A DNA stretch of 64,000 bases, taken from an uncultured Verrucomicrobiae bacterium (lineage in GTDB: Bacteria; Verrucomicrobiota; Verrucomicrobiia; Chthoniobacterales; Terrimicrobiaceae). Position numbers and translations under genes: made by a program. The notes under the pieces are model-generated. The model saw only the letters and a program-made list of their open reading frames with translations, did not search any database and was not told the origin of the DNA. The stretch spans positions 1 to 64,000 of the forward strand of contig CAVPOC010000003.1 in the NCBI GenBank assembly GCA_963706955.1. Direction: 5' to 3'. The first letter of the stretch is position 1, and each line of letters starts with the position of its first letter. Positions 12,565 to 22,768 of the stretch are shown in pieces.

Positions 12565-12918
12565 TCAGCAGGTGGTGTGGAGAATCGCGAACGCATCCTC
12601 GCTTTGGAGATTGCTTAGTAGTTGGCAGGCTTCCTCTGTGGGGACCACAACGAGTTTGATGCCGCGCTGCCTGGCCTCTTCCTGGACTTCCGGCATCACG
12701 GGTAAGCGCCCATAGGCTCCGGTACCGACAATAAGTTGATTGCCACCCCAGGGGATCTTCTCCTCGATTGACAAGGGCGTGTGACCAGCTTGATCACGAT
12801 ATCGCTTAGAAGGACCCTTTTTGCGCTTCCTCACTTTTCCCGCTTCGATGACGACATCGTACTCGTATCGCTGCTTCTCGACCTCAATCTCACCGAACTC
12901 AACCAATCTCGCCTGCAT
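12565..12918 (-). CDS. Mth938-like domain protein
   Basis: FGEIEV..RYEYDVVI, LIVGTGAYG, PTEEAC, C-terminal ILHTTC. Confidence 0.8.
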   Translation of the reverse strand: MQARLVEFGEIEVEKQRYEYDVVIEAGKVRKRKKGPSKRYRDQAGHTPLSIEEKIPWGGNQLIVGTGAYGRLPVMPEVQEEARQRGIKLVVVPTEEACQLLSNLQSEDAFAILHTTC

Positions 12919-13066
12919 AAAATATTTCCGCAGCACGCTCCCACTTACGCGCGCTGCCGTCAACCGTTGAACGCTGGCAAGAAAACCTACGCGAGGCACG
13001 GTGACTAACTAGCTTGCCTCTTGCGCATGCATGCTTAAAGAACTCAGGCCGCCCAGATTACCAGCC

Positions 13067-13158
13067 GTAGTGAGCGTGTCTCCACGGTCGAGGCTTAATG
13101 TAGCGGCGATGTCCTCATCGCCGAGGGTATTTGCCGGCGGTGGGGACACCGCCGCTAC
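13067..13158. repeat. REP-like triplet (family A)
   Basis: gtagtgagcgtgtctccacggtcg, gtagcggcgatgtcctcatcgccg, and inverted cggcggtggggacaccgccgctac. Confidence 0.8.
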
Positions 13159-13242
13159 AGCACCAAGGGCGGAACCGTTCCGAATTGATCTCGCCGAAAG
13201 TGGCTAGGACCAACCAACCAAGTTCTGCGGCAGCTCCGCGAC

Positions 13243-14265
13243 TTAGGGCTGGACCTCGATAACCATCTCGGGCGAGGCATCTCCCTCATTATTAATTGCC
13301 CGGATGACAACGCGCAGGCTGTGATAACTGTCGCGCCTAATTTTGAATTTCCACGAGGTCGTTCCGTTGGCCGGCACAAAATTTTTCCAATGCCTTTGGT
13401 CGCCTTTGTATTCGACTCTCGCTATGCCGCCCTCGCCGGCAGCCGTTCCCCAGAAGTTGAAGTACGATCTGCTTACGATCAGTTCCGTCAATGAAACGAC
13501 TGGCGGCGCCACCGGCTCGGGAGCGGGAGTTGGCAGATCGACATGCAGCACTACCTGGGTGAAATCCTCTCCGATCCCATCGTCCTGAAAACTGCCGGCG
13601 AAGGCGCGAAATTCAAACCCGCTCGCCGCATCGAATCCAGGAAGTGTCGAAACATTTGGGATCTTAAACTCGAAGTCGGGTGCGGCGGCATTAGCGGCCC
13701 CCACAAACCCCTCGAGCCCGCAAATCGGTGTGCCGAAACGGGTAGATTCCGCCGGCAACTGAGTCCCCGGAGAGAGATCGGGAGCAATCAAGAAGGGTTT
13801 TGGCAGGGGCGGAGTCGGGACACCGGCAATCGTGTCGAACACTCCGTCGCCGTTCCAATCGAATTCAATCTGGATGGCCTCGCTTGATGCCAGGTTGGCA
13901 AGATCTGTCCCCCCGAGCGCCGTCAGGGCAGGGCTTGTGCTCGAAGGATTGCCGTCTCCATCGGCATCGCCGGCAATTCCAAAGAAGTTGATCCCGACAT
14001 AGAGCGCATCCTCTTCCGCGTCGTAAACGAAGCGAAAATCCTTAATGTCCCAACCTGAGGTCGGGAACGGAAACGCGGGAGGAAGACCCACGTCGGGCTC
14101 CTCCTCGCCGGTAGCGTTGACAGCGTCGGCAATGACGACAGCCTCGGGCGTAACAAAGTCGGTTTCAGCGTTTCCTGTGAGTGAAAGCGCGTCCAGAGCA
14201 GAACCTGCAGCCATGAGAAAGAGCGCAGACAACGCGGCACTATGCCATTTTATCGACTTAGTCAT
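13243..14265 (-). CDS. Secreted acidic hypothetical protein with DxDxDG-type motifs and a C-terminal beta-rich domain
   Basis: Signal peptide, GDADGDGN and DWNGDG motifs, Pro-rich linker PTPAPEPVAPP. Confidence 0.75.
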   Translation of the reverse strand: MTKSIKWHSAALSALFLMAAGSALDALSLTGNAETDFVTPEAVVIADAVNATGEEEPDVGLPPAFPFPTSGWDIKDFRFVYDAEEDALYVGINFFGIAGDADGDGNPSSTSPALTALGGTDLANLASSEAIQIEFDWNGDGVFDTIAGVPTPPLPKPFLIAPDLSPGTQLPAESTRFGTPICGLEGFVGAANAAAPDFEFKIPNVSTLPGFDAASGFEFRAFAGSFQDDGIGEDFTQVVLHVDLPTPAPEPVAPPVVSLTELIVSRSYFNFWGTAAGEGGIARVEYKGDQRHWKNFVPANGTTSWKFKIRRDSYHSLRVVIRAINNEGDASPEMVIEVQP

Positions 14266-14814
14266 GTGATTTGAATCGCCTCAAGCAACGCCAATAACGT
14301 GTTTACTGATAGCTTAGCACTCGTAATAAGATGCTCCCGCTTATAGGTTACGATGTTTTAGTCCACACGAAGTGCGTAAAGTGACGAATGCGTTTTATAC
14401 GCAGGCATTCGGTCCTCTCGCAGGCAGATACAGCCCCACAACTACTAACGACTTGTCCTTGACGTCGGATAAATGCACAGAATTTCTCAGATTCAATGAG
14501 CACCGACAAGGTTGACAAGTGTGCAAAATGCCGGATCGCGTCGAAAACGATCCTTTTACTTCGACTTGAATCAATAAGGCGCCATTTGGCCTTTTGTTGA
14601 TGATATCACCCAGGCATACCTAGACTTCTCGGAGATACACAAGGGAACACTGTTGAAATTCCGCGGCCTACGGCCACAGTGTGATCAAGGCTCTCGAGGA
14701 CGGAGCAACGAAGGTATTCGCTAAAGAGTCGATGTTCGACACTTAAAAACTACAAAGTCGGTCGGCCAGCGCAGGTTGTAAACCAGCTCACTTATTGTTT
14801 GGAAAAATTTCCTG

Positions 14815-15006
14815 AGGAGCTCGGCCGCCATCTCCGCTTCCAAGAACTCCTGGATCACACTGCGCACAAGCGGACGCAAAAAGTCGGCCTCCTCTTCTGG
14901 GTCATGGTTCGATATTCAGTTGGTTGGTTTTCTGACTCCCAACTGCTTACCATGACCTTCCTTTTGCTGAACCCTGCTGCACATTATCAACAAAGACACA
15001 GTTTCC
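14815..15006 (-). mobile_element. Relic left end of an IS256-family element
   Basis: Minus strand reads MTQK then (shifted) EEADFLRPLVRSVIQEFLEAEMAAE, resembling IS256 transposase N-termini; upstream GAAACTGTGTC..GTGCA resembles an IS256-type terminus. Confidence 0.5.
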
Positions 15007-15015
15007 GGTGTGGGG

Positions 15016-18000
15016 CTACCAAAGCGGTAATCGGACGTTGCATCCCCCTGACGCACTCGCTTTTTGTCTCCGATATTCCGCGTAGGTAGCTTCGGCGCGT
15101 TTCTCTAGCGAAAACGACTTCTGCTCCTTTGCGATTCTGATGGCTTTGTAAAATGAAGCCTCAATTTGGTTCTCCTCAGCACCCAAAGTAGCGAGAAACA
15201 CTCCGCGCAGGCGGTGCAGTTCGGCGCTGCAATAACCGTGCTCAAATCTTTCAGCAATTGCTACCGCCTCGTTGATTGCCTCAAGAGCTTCAGAGGTCCG
15301 ATCCGCTAGATGTAAAGCTTCAGCCTTTTGTGTCAGGTGATATGGAAGGTCGAGCATCGAACCGGTCGCCCGAAGCTCTTTTATTCCCTGTTCGATCCCG
15401 GGAATACCTTCCGCTGTGTTACCGGAAGCGCTGCGCACCCAGCCGCGGCGAATCGATCCTAGCGTTAGAAAATGCGCAAAATGGTGACGCGTGGAGAGTT
15501 CAATCAACTCCGATGCTAAGCGGTCAACTTCGGCAGGGTCACGCTCAAGGTGGGCCAGACCCGCTGCCCAAGCTAGCGCCATGGCTAATGTATACCTATC
15601 CTTCAGCTCCTTTGCTGTTGCGATCGCCTCGTCCATCAGCGCGTGGCAAGAGGCGATCTCTCCGAAATGCCAGTCGGACATGGCCTCATAAATCAGACAC
15701 ATGACGACTGGCGCCGCGACCTCTTCCGCAACAGGAGACTGGGCGCTTCCCGAGCGCCAGATCTGAACACCATGCCTCGCGTATTTCCGGGACGAGTCAA
15801 ACTCGCCCAAAAAGTAAAATATGGCTGCGAAAGCTTGGTAGGCAGCTAGCATGAGCCGTGCGTCATTCTGTTCCTGCGCCAGCGCATAAATTCGTCGGTT
15901 AATCTGCATTGCAGCAGACAGCTTGTCTGTCATCAGTGCATAGCGTGCCTGACCCATCAATTGCATAAACAGAAGCCGGGGACGATTTACCAAATGACAC
16001 AAGGGTTCGGCGCGCTCGAAACAAATTCCGGTCTCGGGTGCTGCAAATCCTCGCGTGACGGTTAGATATAGCCCCGCCTGCATGAGGAGGAAGAGCTGAT
16101 CTTCAGCAACGAGACTTTGCCCTTCGATGGCCGTTTCGATCAGCGATCCCCAGCGCCCATGTTCGAAGAAATGACCTAAAGCCGAGAGCAATGGCCCTGT
16201 TGCTCCAAGAACGTTAGCCGCAAAGTGGGCATCCCCCCGCTGAATCCGGGGGATATAAACTTCATGCAGCGCCTCTCGAAACAGACCGGCGTTGCAGCCG
16301 CAAATTACTGCTAAGAAGAGTGGCTCCATCTCCGCAAAATTATCCGGCAGCTGCGGAGCGAGCGTTCGATAATAGTTAAAAAGCCGCTTGTTGCATTCCT
16401 TCCAAGCATCGCTTCGTTGGCCTCGCAGCTGTTCGCCAAAGTATTCACGAACGAGAGGATGTGTATCGAGATCTCCAGGATTCTGCGGATCTTCCCCAGC
16501 CAGAAGTCGCGCTCTTCTTAGTCTGGCTAGAATCGTCCGCCATTCCGTCGGGCTCAAATTCGTTAATGACTCTGTCAGGCCCGGAATCGCAGGCGGTTTT
16601 AGAAGCGCTGCAATCGCCTTTTCCTCAGCTGGGCGATCAAAAAGTCCTAACATGCGCAGAACCGACAGCTCAGGACCTTCACCAAACCAGGTTTGGTAAG
16701 ATTTCATTACTTCTTGGGCGTGGGTTCCCTGTCGGACGTCGTGAGCAAGATGTCCCGACACTTCGTTACGTGAACGAATGTCTCCGTTGTAGGCATCAGT
16801 CAGATAGCTGCCCAACAGCGTCAGCGCCAGACAATGGCCGCTGAACTCATCGCTGGCACTTTGCAGCTCCGCTTCATCTCCCTTTACTCCCAGCGCTCGG
16901 AGCAGCTGTGCTCCGGCATCGCTGGATAGATATTCCAGGTGACGACGCAGAGCTGAGCTACCCTCGTGATCCGACAGATCAGCAACCGGCAGGCGCGTGG
17001 TAATCACGCACAGGCCCATATTGAAAGCAGCAAGCTCTCGCAAGAGTGCCTGAAGGGACGGGTCCCGTAACCGCCCTTCTTGTGCCCCAGGTGGATTTTG
17101 GAGCGGCTCCAACCCATCCAGAACAAGCAATGTTCGCCGATGCCCAACGAGCTTCGCCAATCTTTCGCCCTTCTCCCATGCTGTTCCGAGCCGTGGATCT
17201 GGATCGCCAAACCAGTGAAGAACGGCATTAAGAAATTCATCGGCAGACGAAGTGTCTCCACTGGTGCCCTGTCTGTAAAAAGACCAGCCAAATACGAGTT
17301 GCGCAGAACGATAGTGTTCAGCAGCCATTCGTCGGAGCCAATGGTTGACCAGCGTCGATTTTCCGACTCCGCCCCAGGCAACAATTGTAACAACATTGAC
17401 CTGCTGGTTTGCCCATGCATCGTCCAGGAAACCGATGTCCTCTTCGCGACCAAAAACATCGCTTCCTGTGATGGGCAATCTGGCTACGGAAATCTTCTTT
17501 GGGCCTAATCTTGTTGGCGGCTTCCGGGTTCCGACGCGTGAAGTGCGAGGGGGAATCTGCTGCAAGTTCCGACGTGTGATCCCACGTCGCGCTTCGATAG
17601 CGCCCGTTATCGTCGGCAACGCCTTCAGCAGCTCGTCCGGAGTCTGGAATCGCTGTGCCGGATCTTTCTCAAGGAGTTTCTCAAGGAGAACGACGACCGG
17701 CTGTGGAACATCTTTGAGTCGCTCAAGCGGTAAGGGCGCGTGCTGATGCTGATACATCACCTCAGCGGAAGGACCTCGAAATGGTGTTAGGCCAGTCACC
17801 ATTATCCAGAGCGTCACGCCAAGCGAGTAGAGGTCCGAGCGGATGTCGACCTGTACCCCTGCGAACTGTTCCGGACTGGCAAACTGGGGTGTCCCGGCAA
17901 ATGCTCCAGGCGATGAAATGCCCGCTTCAGAAGCCGATTCGTCTACTGTCTTTGCCAAGCCGAGGTCGATAATTTTTGCCGTTACACCGCCTTCCTCCTT

Positions 18001-18603
18001 CAACCTCACCATGATGTTTGTGGGCTTGATGTCTCGATGGACAAGGTGCTGTTCGTGGGCTGCGGCTAATCCGGCAGCCATCTGCGTTGCAATTTCCAGC
18101 GCTAGCTTTACCTCGAGTCGGCCTGACCGTTTGATGAGCTTTTCAAGCGTTTCACCTTCTACAAACTCCATTGCGTAGAAGTAACTGTCGCCGGTTCTAC
18201 CCAGATGGAACACGGAGGCAACATTTGGGTGACGGACGCTCGCCGCCGCCCGGGCCTCGCGGAGAAAACGAAGTCGTGCCGATTCATCACCGAGATATCG
18301 TTCACTGATGACTTTCAGAGTCACCGGGCAGTACAAATTGATGTCGAACGCCTTGTAAGTGACCCCCATCGCGCCGCGACCCAGCTCGAGCGCTTTTCCG
18401 TCTTCACCCGTCACCAGCTCGAAGTGCTCAAATCTTTTCGGTGGCTGGTTCGGTGTCTGCTTGAGTGTATCCCCAGGCGAGGACTCGCCGGACTCAACCC
18501 AGCCAGCATGAGCCCTGCCAAGAATGCAGACCGGACAGAATTCCATTCCTCCAAAAAACTCATTGCCGCAGCTCGGGCAGGTGCGTCGGGGCTCCCTACT
18601 CAC
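15016..18603 (-). CDS. Ser/Thr protein kinase fused to a STAND-type NTPase and C-terminal helical (TPR-like) repeats
   Basis: CPSC..CPVC Zn ribbon; GRGAMG, HRDIKPTN, DLGLAK, GTPQFASPEQ; Walker A GGVGKST and Walker B LLVLDGLE; probable GTG start overlapping the stop of 18600..18869. Confidence 0.9.
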   Translation of the reverse strand: MSREPRRTCPSCGNEFFGGMEFCPVCILGRAHAGWVESGESSPGDTLKQTPNQPPKRFEHFELVTGEDGKALELGRGAMGVTYKAFDINLYCPVTLKVISERYLGDESARLRFLREARAAASVRHPNVASVFHLGRTGDSYFYAMEFVEGETLEKLIKRSGRLEVKLALEIATQMAAGLAAAHEQHLVHRDIKPTNIMVRLKEEGGVTAKIIDLGLAKTVDESASEAGISSPGAFAGTPQFASPEQFAGVQVDIRSDLYSLGVTLWIMVTGLTPFRGPSAEVMYQHQHAPLPLERLKDVPQPVVVLLEKLLEKDPAQRFQTPDELLKALPTITGAIEARRGITRRNLQQIPPRTSRVGTRKPPTRLGPKKISVARLPITGSDVFGREEDIGFLDDAWANQQVNVVTIVAWGGVGKSTLVNHWLRRMAAEHYRSAQLVFGWSFYRQGTSGDTSSADEFLNAVLHWFGDPDPRLGTAWEKGERLAKLVGHRRTLLVLDGLEPLQNPPGAQEGRLRDPSLQALLRELAAFNMGLCVITTRLPVADLSDHEGSSALRRHLEYLSSDAGAQLLRALGVKGDEAELQSASDEFSGHCLALTLLGSYLTDAYNGDIRSRNEVSGHLAHDVRQGTHAQEVMKSYQTWFGEGPELSVLRMLGLFDRPAEEKAIAALLKPPAIPGLTESLTNLSPTEWRTILARLRRARLLAGEDPQNPGDLDTHPLVREYFGEQLRGQRSDAWKECNKRLFNYYRTLAPQLPDNFAEMEPLFLAVICGCNAGLFREALHEVYIPRIQRGDAHFAANVLGATGPLLSALGHFFEHGRWGSLIETAIEGQSLVAEDQLFLLMQAGLYLTVTRGFAAPETGICFERAEPLCHLVNRPRLLFMQLMGQARYALMTDKLSAAMQINRRIYALAQEQNDARLMLAAYQAFAAIFYFLGEFDSSRKYARHGVQIWRSGSAQSPVAEEVAAPVVMCLIYEAMSDWHFGEIASCHALMDEAIATAKELKDRYTLAMALAWAAGLAHLERDPAEVDRLASELIELSTRHHFAHFLTLGSIRRGWVRSASGNTAEGIPGIEQGIKELRATGSMLDLPYHLTQKAEALHLADRTSEALEAINEAVAIAERFEHGYCSAELHRLRGVFLATLGAEENQIEASFYKAIRIAKEQKSFSLEKRAEATYAEYRRQKASASGGCNVRLPLW

Positions 18604-18869
18604 GGAGATAACCGTCCCCCGGTTGCGATCAGCGCTTCGCAAAACGCAGGGATCTCCTCGTTGATCTCTGAGGGCGAATGCCCGCCGCGCCGAGCGAACA
18701 TGTAGCGTGGATACCAATAGAGCCGGCACAACCCGGCCAAAGCGGAATGCCTCCATTGCACTTGGCTTAGCGCCACCCTCATGACGATCGTCCAACGCGT
18801 GGTATGAAAGCGTGCTGCGCCCTCCGCTGGCGGACCATGGTCGCGTTCCACAAGATTTCCGTATTTCAC
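18600..18869 (-). pseudogene. Internally deleted ECF sigma factor (kinase-associated PVC type), 89 aa
   Basis: FHTTRWTIV..ALAGLCRLYWYP.YMFARR.GHSP N-terminus joined in frame to the C-terminal EINEEI..CEALIATGGRLSP; the sigma core is missing. Confidence 0.7.
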
Positions 18870-18943
18870 CCAATAATAACGCGTGAAAGTAGTCTAGGAA
18901 CAAAATTCCTGAAACGCGCGAGTTCCAGTGCGTTTGTAAATAG

Positions 18944-19110
18944 ATGAAGGCCGACGATTTTTTGGGCCAATATCAAACGATGGAACAGTATGGAGTTGCC
19001 TCGGCAGAAGAAGTGAAGGTCGAAAACCTTGCCGACCGCCTCAGAATCGAGATCACAGCTGCAGGAACGGTGTGCGCGACGCCATCCAATGATTCGAGCC
19101 TGGTCACCTT
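18944..19110 (+). pseudogene. Probable C-terminal remnant of a SAM methyltransferase-like gene
   Basis: MEQYGVASAEEVKVENLADRLRIEI and shifted PMIRAWS resemble the tail of soil-bacterial methyltransferases; no N-terminus present. Confidence 0.35.
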
Positions 19111-19203
19111 CCAAGCTCCGATCCACCAAGCGTTTAAAGGCAATCTAGCGAAAGCATGACATCGCGCATCAAAGCCACTATGGTAGAAAACAGATTCGAG
19201 AAC

Positions 19204-20570
19204 ATGAGCTCAGGTAACCCTGTATCCGTTGCCGGCATTAGCCGAAGAGAACTTCTGAAAAGGGGAGGAAAGGTTGCCGCAGCTGCAGCGGTATCATCAG
19301 TGTTCTCACCGTTTGTTTCTACTGGGAAAGGCAGCCGCGACAAAAACACTCTCATTCTGGCAGTTCTATGCTCCGGCCAGTACCTCAAAGCAGTGAAAGC
19401 AAATGGTTTGAAGACTGTGTCAAGGGTTGGAATGCGACCCACGATGTCAAGGTCGAGCTGCATTTTGTCCCCGCTAACGAGTATTTCGGTGGATCCAAGC
19501 TACAGACCGCTTTCGCCTCGGGTCAGGGTCCGGATATTTTCATAATCAGCCCCGGGGACTTTCTTCGTTTCTACAATGGTGGCGTTCTGGTCGACCTCAC
19601 TTCTTATATGGAGGACGCCGCGAAAAAGGACTTTCTTCCAAACGTGATGGAAAGCCGGATCGTTGATGAAAAGATCTATGGAGTTCCGTACGACGTTGTC
19701 CCCCTGGCGATGTTTTACAGCCTCAAGGCATTCGAGGAGGCTGGACTTTCGGAGAGCGATATCCCGAAAACCTGGGACCAGTTCCTCGAAACCGCGCGCA
19801 AGCTGACCAAAGGGGACCGATTTGGCTGTCTATTCGAAACTGCAGCGGGTTATTACCAGACGTTCAACTGGTACCCATTTATGTGGCAAGGAGGTGGTGA
19901 TATCGCTACGCCAGACGGAAAACACAGCGCCTTTGCATCGCCGGCCACCGTTCAGGCTCTGAAGTTCTGGCAAGACACCATTCAGCAGAAGGTCGCACCG
20001 CGCAACCTCCTGGGCGGCGGTGGCTGGGACGTCGTAGCGAATTTGGCTTCAGGCTTCTGTGCCATGCAAAATCTGGGTATCTGGGGAGTCAGGGCCTTGC
20101 GGGACAACGCTAAGGATTTCCAATATGGCGTCTTCCCCTATCCCTTACCTCCCAACGGCCAGCAAAGAACGGTTTTCGGTGGATGGGCCATCGTCGCCAA
20201 TGCCAAGGGCAAAAATCCCGAGGAAGCGGCAAAGTTCTGTGTTTGGGCAGTGGGTTCCATGCAGGACGATTGCATTCAAAGAGTCGTTGACTGGTCCAAG
20301 GCGGCCGGGTTGATGATGGCGCGAAAATCGGCTTTGGAAAAAGCGACCACCGAAGGAGGGTACAGCAGCGCCCCGATGAAGTTATTTAAGGACTTGACAC
20401 TCCAGACCGGTAGAAGTGAGCCTCGGGTTCCACCGGAGGTCTATAAGGCGGTCTCGGATACTATCCAGGCTTGCCAACTGGGCGGAGCTGATCCTACGCA
20501 GGCCGCCGAGAAAGGATCCCAGCGAATCGAAAGCTTCCTCTCCGGATACACGGGAGCACCATTGCTCTGA
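19204..20570 (+). CDS. Sugar ABC transporter substrate-binding protein, Tat-exported; indels near 19328 and 19376
   Basis: SRRELLK twin-arginine signal, shifted LSFWQFYAP, GQGPDIF, IYGVPY, PKTWDQF, VFGGWAI. Confidence 0.85.
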
Positions 20571-20688
20571 TGAATCTCTGTCGACGTTTGTATTGAATCC
20601 GGAGATTAGTGCCAGATGCGCCCCTCGTAATCTGGAGGACATACCCTGAACCGATCGACGCTTCGAACGGTTGTTCGGTGTTAATTGC

Positions 20689-21687
20689 ATGGATGACCGG
20701 ACTCGATTGTCTCTCGAGGACCTCGGACGCATGACTCCGCAGCCAGGGGACAATGGAGAACACGAGAAAAAGCGCCGACAACGGGTTGGCCGCGTTTTCT
20801 GGACACGCTCACGCAAGGAGACGTTCGCGGCGTGGTTGTTTATTTTGCCCGACTGCATCGGGTTGCTCGTCTTCGTAGCGATTCCAATAGTGCTCGCGTT
20901 GAGTCTCGGATTTTTCAGCGTGGATGGGTTCGGCGGATACAAGTTCGTCGGCCTGGCTAATTACCATCGGATGCTGCGAGATCCGCTGTTTACGAAGAGT
21001 CTGGGCGTAACGATTGTCTATGTGCTCTGCCTTGTTCCCGGGCTCTACGTTAGCGGCCTGGGACTTGCGCTGCTGGTGCGGCAAAGGATCCCGCTGGTCG
21101 GACTTTGGCGGACTTTATTTTTCATGCCGTACGTTGTCAGCCTGGTTGTCGTTGCCTTGATCTGGAAGGTGATGCTGATCGAGAAAGTCGGCTTCATGAA
21201 TCGGATGCTCGAGCTTGTCGGTCTCCAGGGTCGCCCCTGGCTCGGGGATCCGAACCTTGCGCTCGGTGCAATTCTGGTGGTGACGACCTGGTTTTTGATG
21301 GGTTACTACATGATCATTTTCCTTTCGGGATTACAGGATATCCCTCGAGAATATTACGAGGCGGCGAGAATCGAAGGAGCCAACTCCTGGAAGATGTTCA
21401 CACAGATTACGCTGCCTCTGTTGCGGCCGACCAGTTTCTTCGTCCTCCTTGTCTCGACGGTGTCCGCGGTTTCGGGTTCTCAGGCATTCGATCTCATCTA
21501 TGTCATGACAAATGGAGGACCGGCAAATTCGACGTCGCTCGTGGTTTTTTACATCTATGAGCAGGCGTTTAAATTCAATCACTACGGCTACGCCGCGGCC
21601 ATGGCGTCGGTTCTGGTTGTGGTTCTTCTGGCGATGACCGTTGTGCTGTTTGGGCTGACGCGCGGAGGACGGTTCCATCTGCAGTAA
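20689..21687 (+). CDS. Sugar ABC transporter permease
   Basis: FVGLANY, EAA motif LQDIPREYYEAARIEGA, TNGGP. Confidence 0.92.
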   Translation: MDDRTRLSLEDLGRMTPQPGDNGEHEKKRRQRVGRVFWTRSRKETFAAWLFILPDCIGLLVFVAIPIVLALSLGFFSVDGFGGYKFVGLANYHRMLRDPLFTKSLGVTIVYVLCLVPGLYVSGLGLALLVRQRIPLVGLWRTLFFMPYVVSLVVVALIWKVMLIEKVGFMNRMLELVGLQGRPWLGDPNLALGAILVVTTWFLMGYYMIIFLSGLQDIPREYYEAARIEGANSWKMFTQITLPLLRPTSFFVLLVSTVSAVSGSQAFDLIYVMTNGGPANSTSLVVFYIYEQAFKFNHYGYAAAMASVLVVVLLAMTVVLFGLTRGGRFHLQ

Positions 21688-21692
21688 CAGGC

Positions 21693-22523
21693 ATGAACGG
21701 GCCAAATGTGTCAGTCCTTCGGGTGAGTCGATGGATGTTGATTTTCGCAACCGCAACATTCGCGATTATAACTGCATCGCCATTGGTTTGGATGGTCTCG
21801 GCTTCGCTCAAGGAGCCGGCTGAAATCTTCAACGCCAGCCTGATACCGCAGCAGCCGACCCTCGAAAACTTCCGGTATGTGTTCACCCAATTGCCGTTTA
21901 TTCGCTATATCCTGAATACTTTCTTCGTGGCGGGAACTATCACTGTAGTTGCGCTCCTGTTCCATTCGATGGCTGGTTTTGCTTTTGCCCGCCTTCGATT
22001 TCCAGGTCGCGAGACGATATTTCTGACAATCTTTTCGACGTTTCTGGTTTCGTTACAGGTGATCATCGTCCCGCTGTTCATCCTGGTGCAGAAAATGGGT
22101 ATGGTGAACACCTATGCAGGGTTGATTATCCCGGTCACGTTCAACGCGTTTGGGATATTTCTGCTGCGCCAGTTTTACCTTGGAATCCCGGTCGATTTGC
22201 ACGAAGCGGCGATTATGGATGGGGCAAGCTACTGGGGCATTTACTGGAACATTATGCTTCCGCTCAGTCGGCCGATCTTATCGGCCTTGGCGGTGTTCAT
22301 TTTCCTAGCTAACTGGAACGCGTTTCTCTGGCCGTTAACAATCACGACCAATCAAAACCTCTGGCTCGTCCAACCTGCGATAGCAAGTTTCCAAAATCAA
22401 TATTCCGCCGCCTGGAACTATATTATGGCTGCATCGGTGGTGGTCGCGGTGCCAACGCTTGTCCTCTTCTTCGTCTTCCAACGCCAGTTGGTCGAATCAA
22501 TCAAGACTTCCGGCATTAAGTGA
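21693..22523 (+). CDS. Sugar ABC transporter permease
   Basis: IPVDLHEAAIMDGAS, WNAFLWPL, FQRQLVESI. Confidence 0.92.
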   Translation: MNGPNVSVLRVSRWMLIFATATFAIITASPLVWMVSASLKEPAEIFNASLIPQQPTLENFRYVFTQLPFIRYILNTFFVAGTITVVALLFHSMAGFAFARLRFPGRETIFLTIFSTFLVSLQVIIVPLFILVQKMGMVNTYAGLIIPVTFNAFGIFLLRQFYLGIPVDLHEAAIMDGASYWGIYWNIMLPLSRPILSALAVFIFLANWNAFLWPLTITTNQNLWLVQPAIASFQNQYSAAWNYIMAASVVVAVPTLVLFFVFQRQLVESIKTSGIK

Positions 22524-22558
22524 ATCAATGACGATCGAAGCAACATTCAACGGACGTG

Positions 22559-22619
22559 GGAGCGGCGCTGTCCTCAGCGTCGACCGGGAGGCGCCCGGCC
22601 GTGGGGAGGCGGCCGCTAC
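22559..22619. repeat. Degenerate REP-like doublet (family A)
   Basis: ggagcggcgctgtcctcagcgtcg and inverted cggccgtggggaggcggccgctac. Confidence 0.6.
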
Positions 22620-22768
22620 AGCTCAATTCATTTTCCTGGCAGCACCTCCTCGATGACTCGACACCAATGCGGAAGTAACGTTTCCAGCGACGCTTTGCGC
22701 GGCAGCGGCGACCTGTAGCAAGGAGGCGAGACTTCTTGCGACTGATAGCGACGAAGCTAATTTCTTGC

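Noticed and set aside
12385..13158. Repeats as CRISPR or integron attC sites
   Set aside because: Inverted doublets with GTAG ends scattered through intergenic regions fit REPs; no regular spacing and no integrase
22628..22710. Minus-strand fragment SLETLLPHWCRVIEEVL resembling a glycosyltransferase tail
   Set aside because: Too short; the resemblance could be chance
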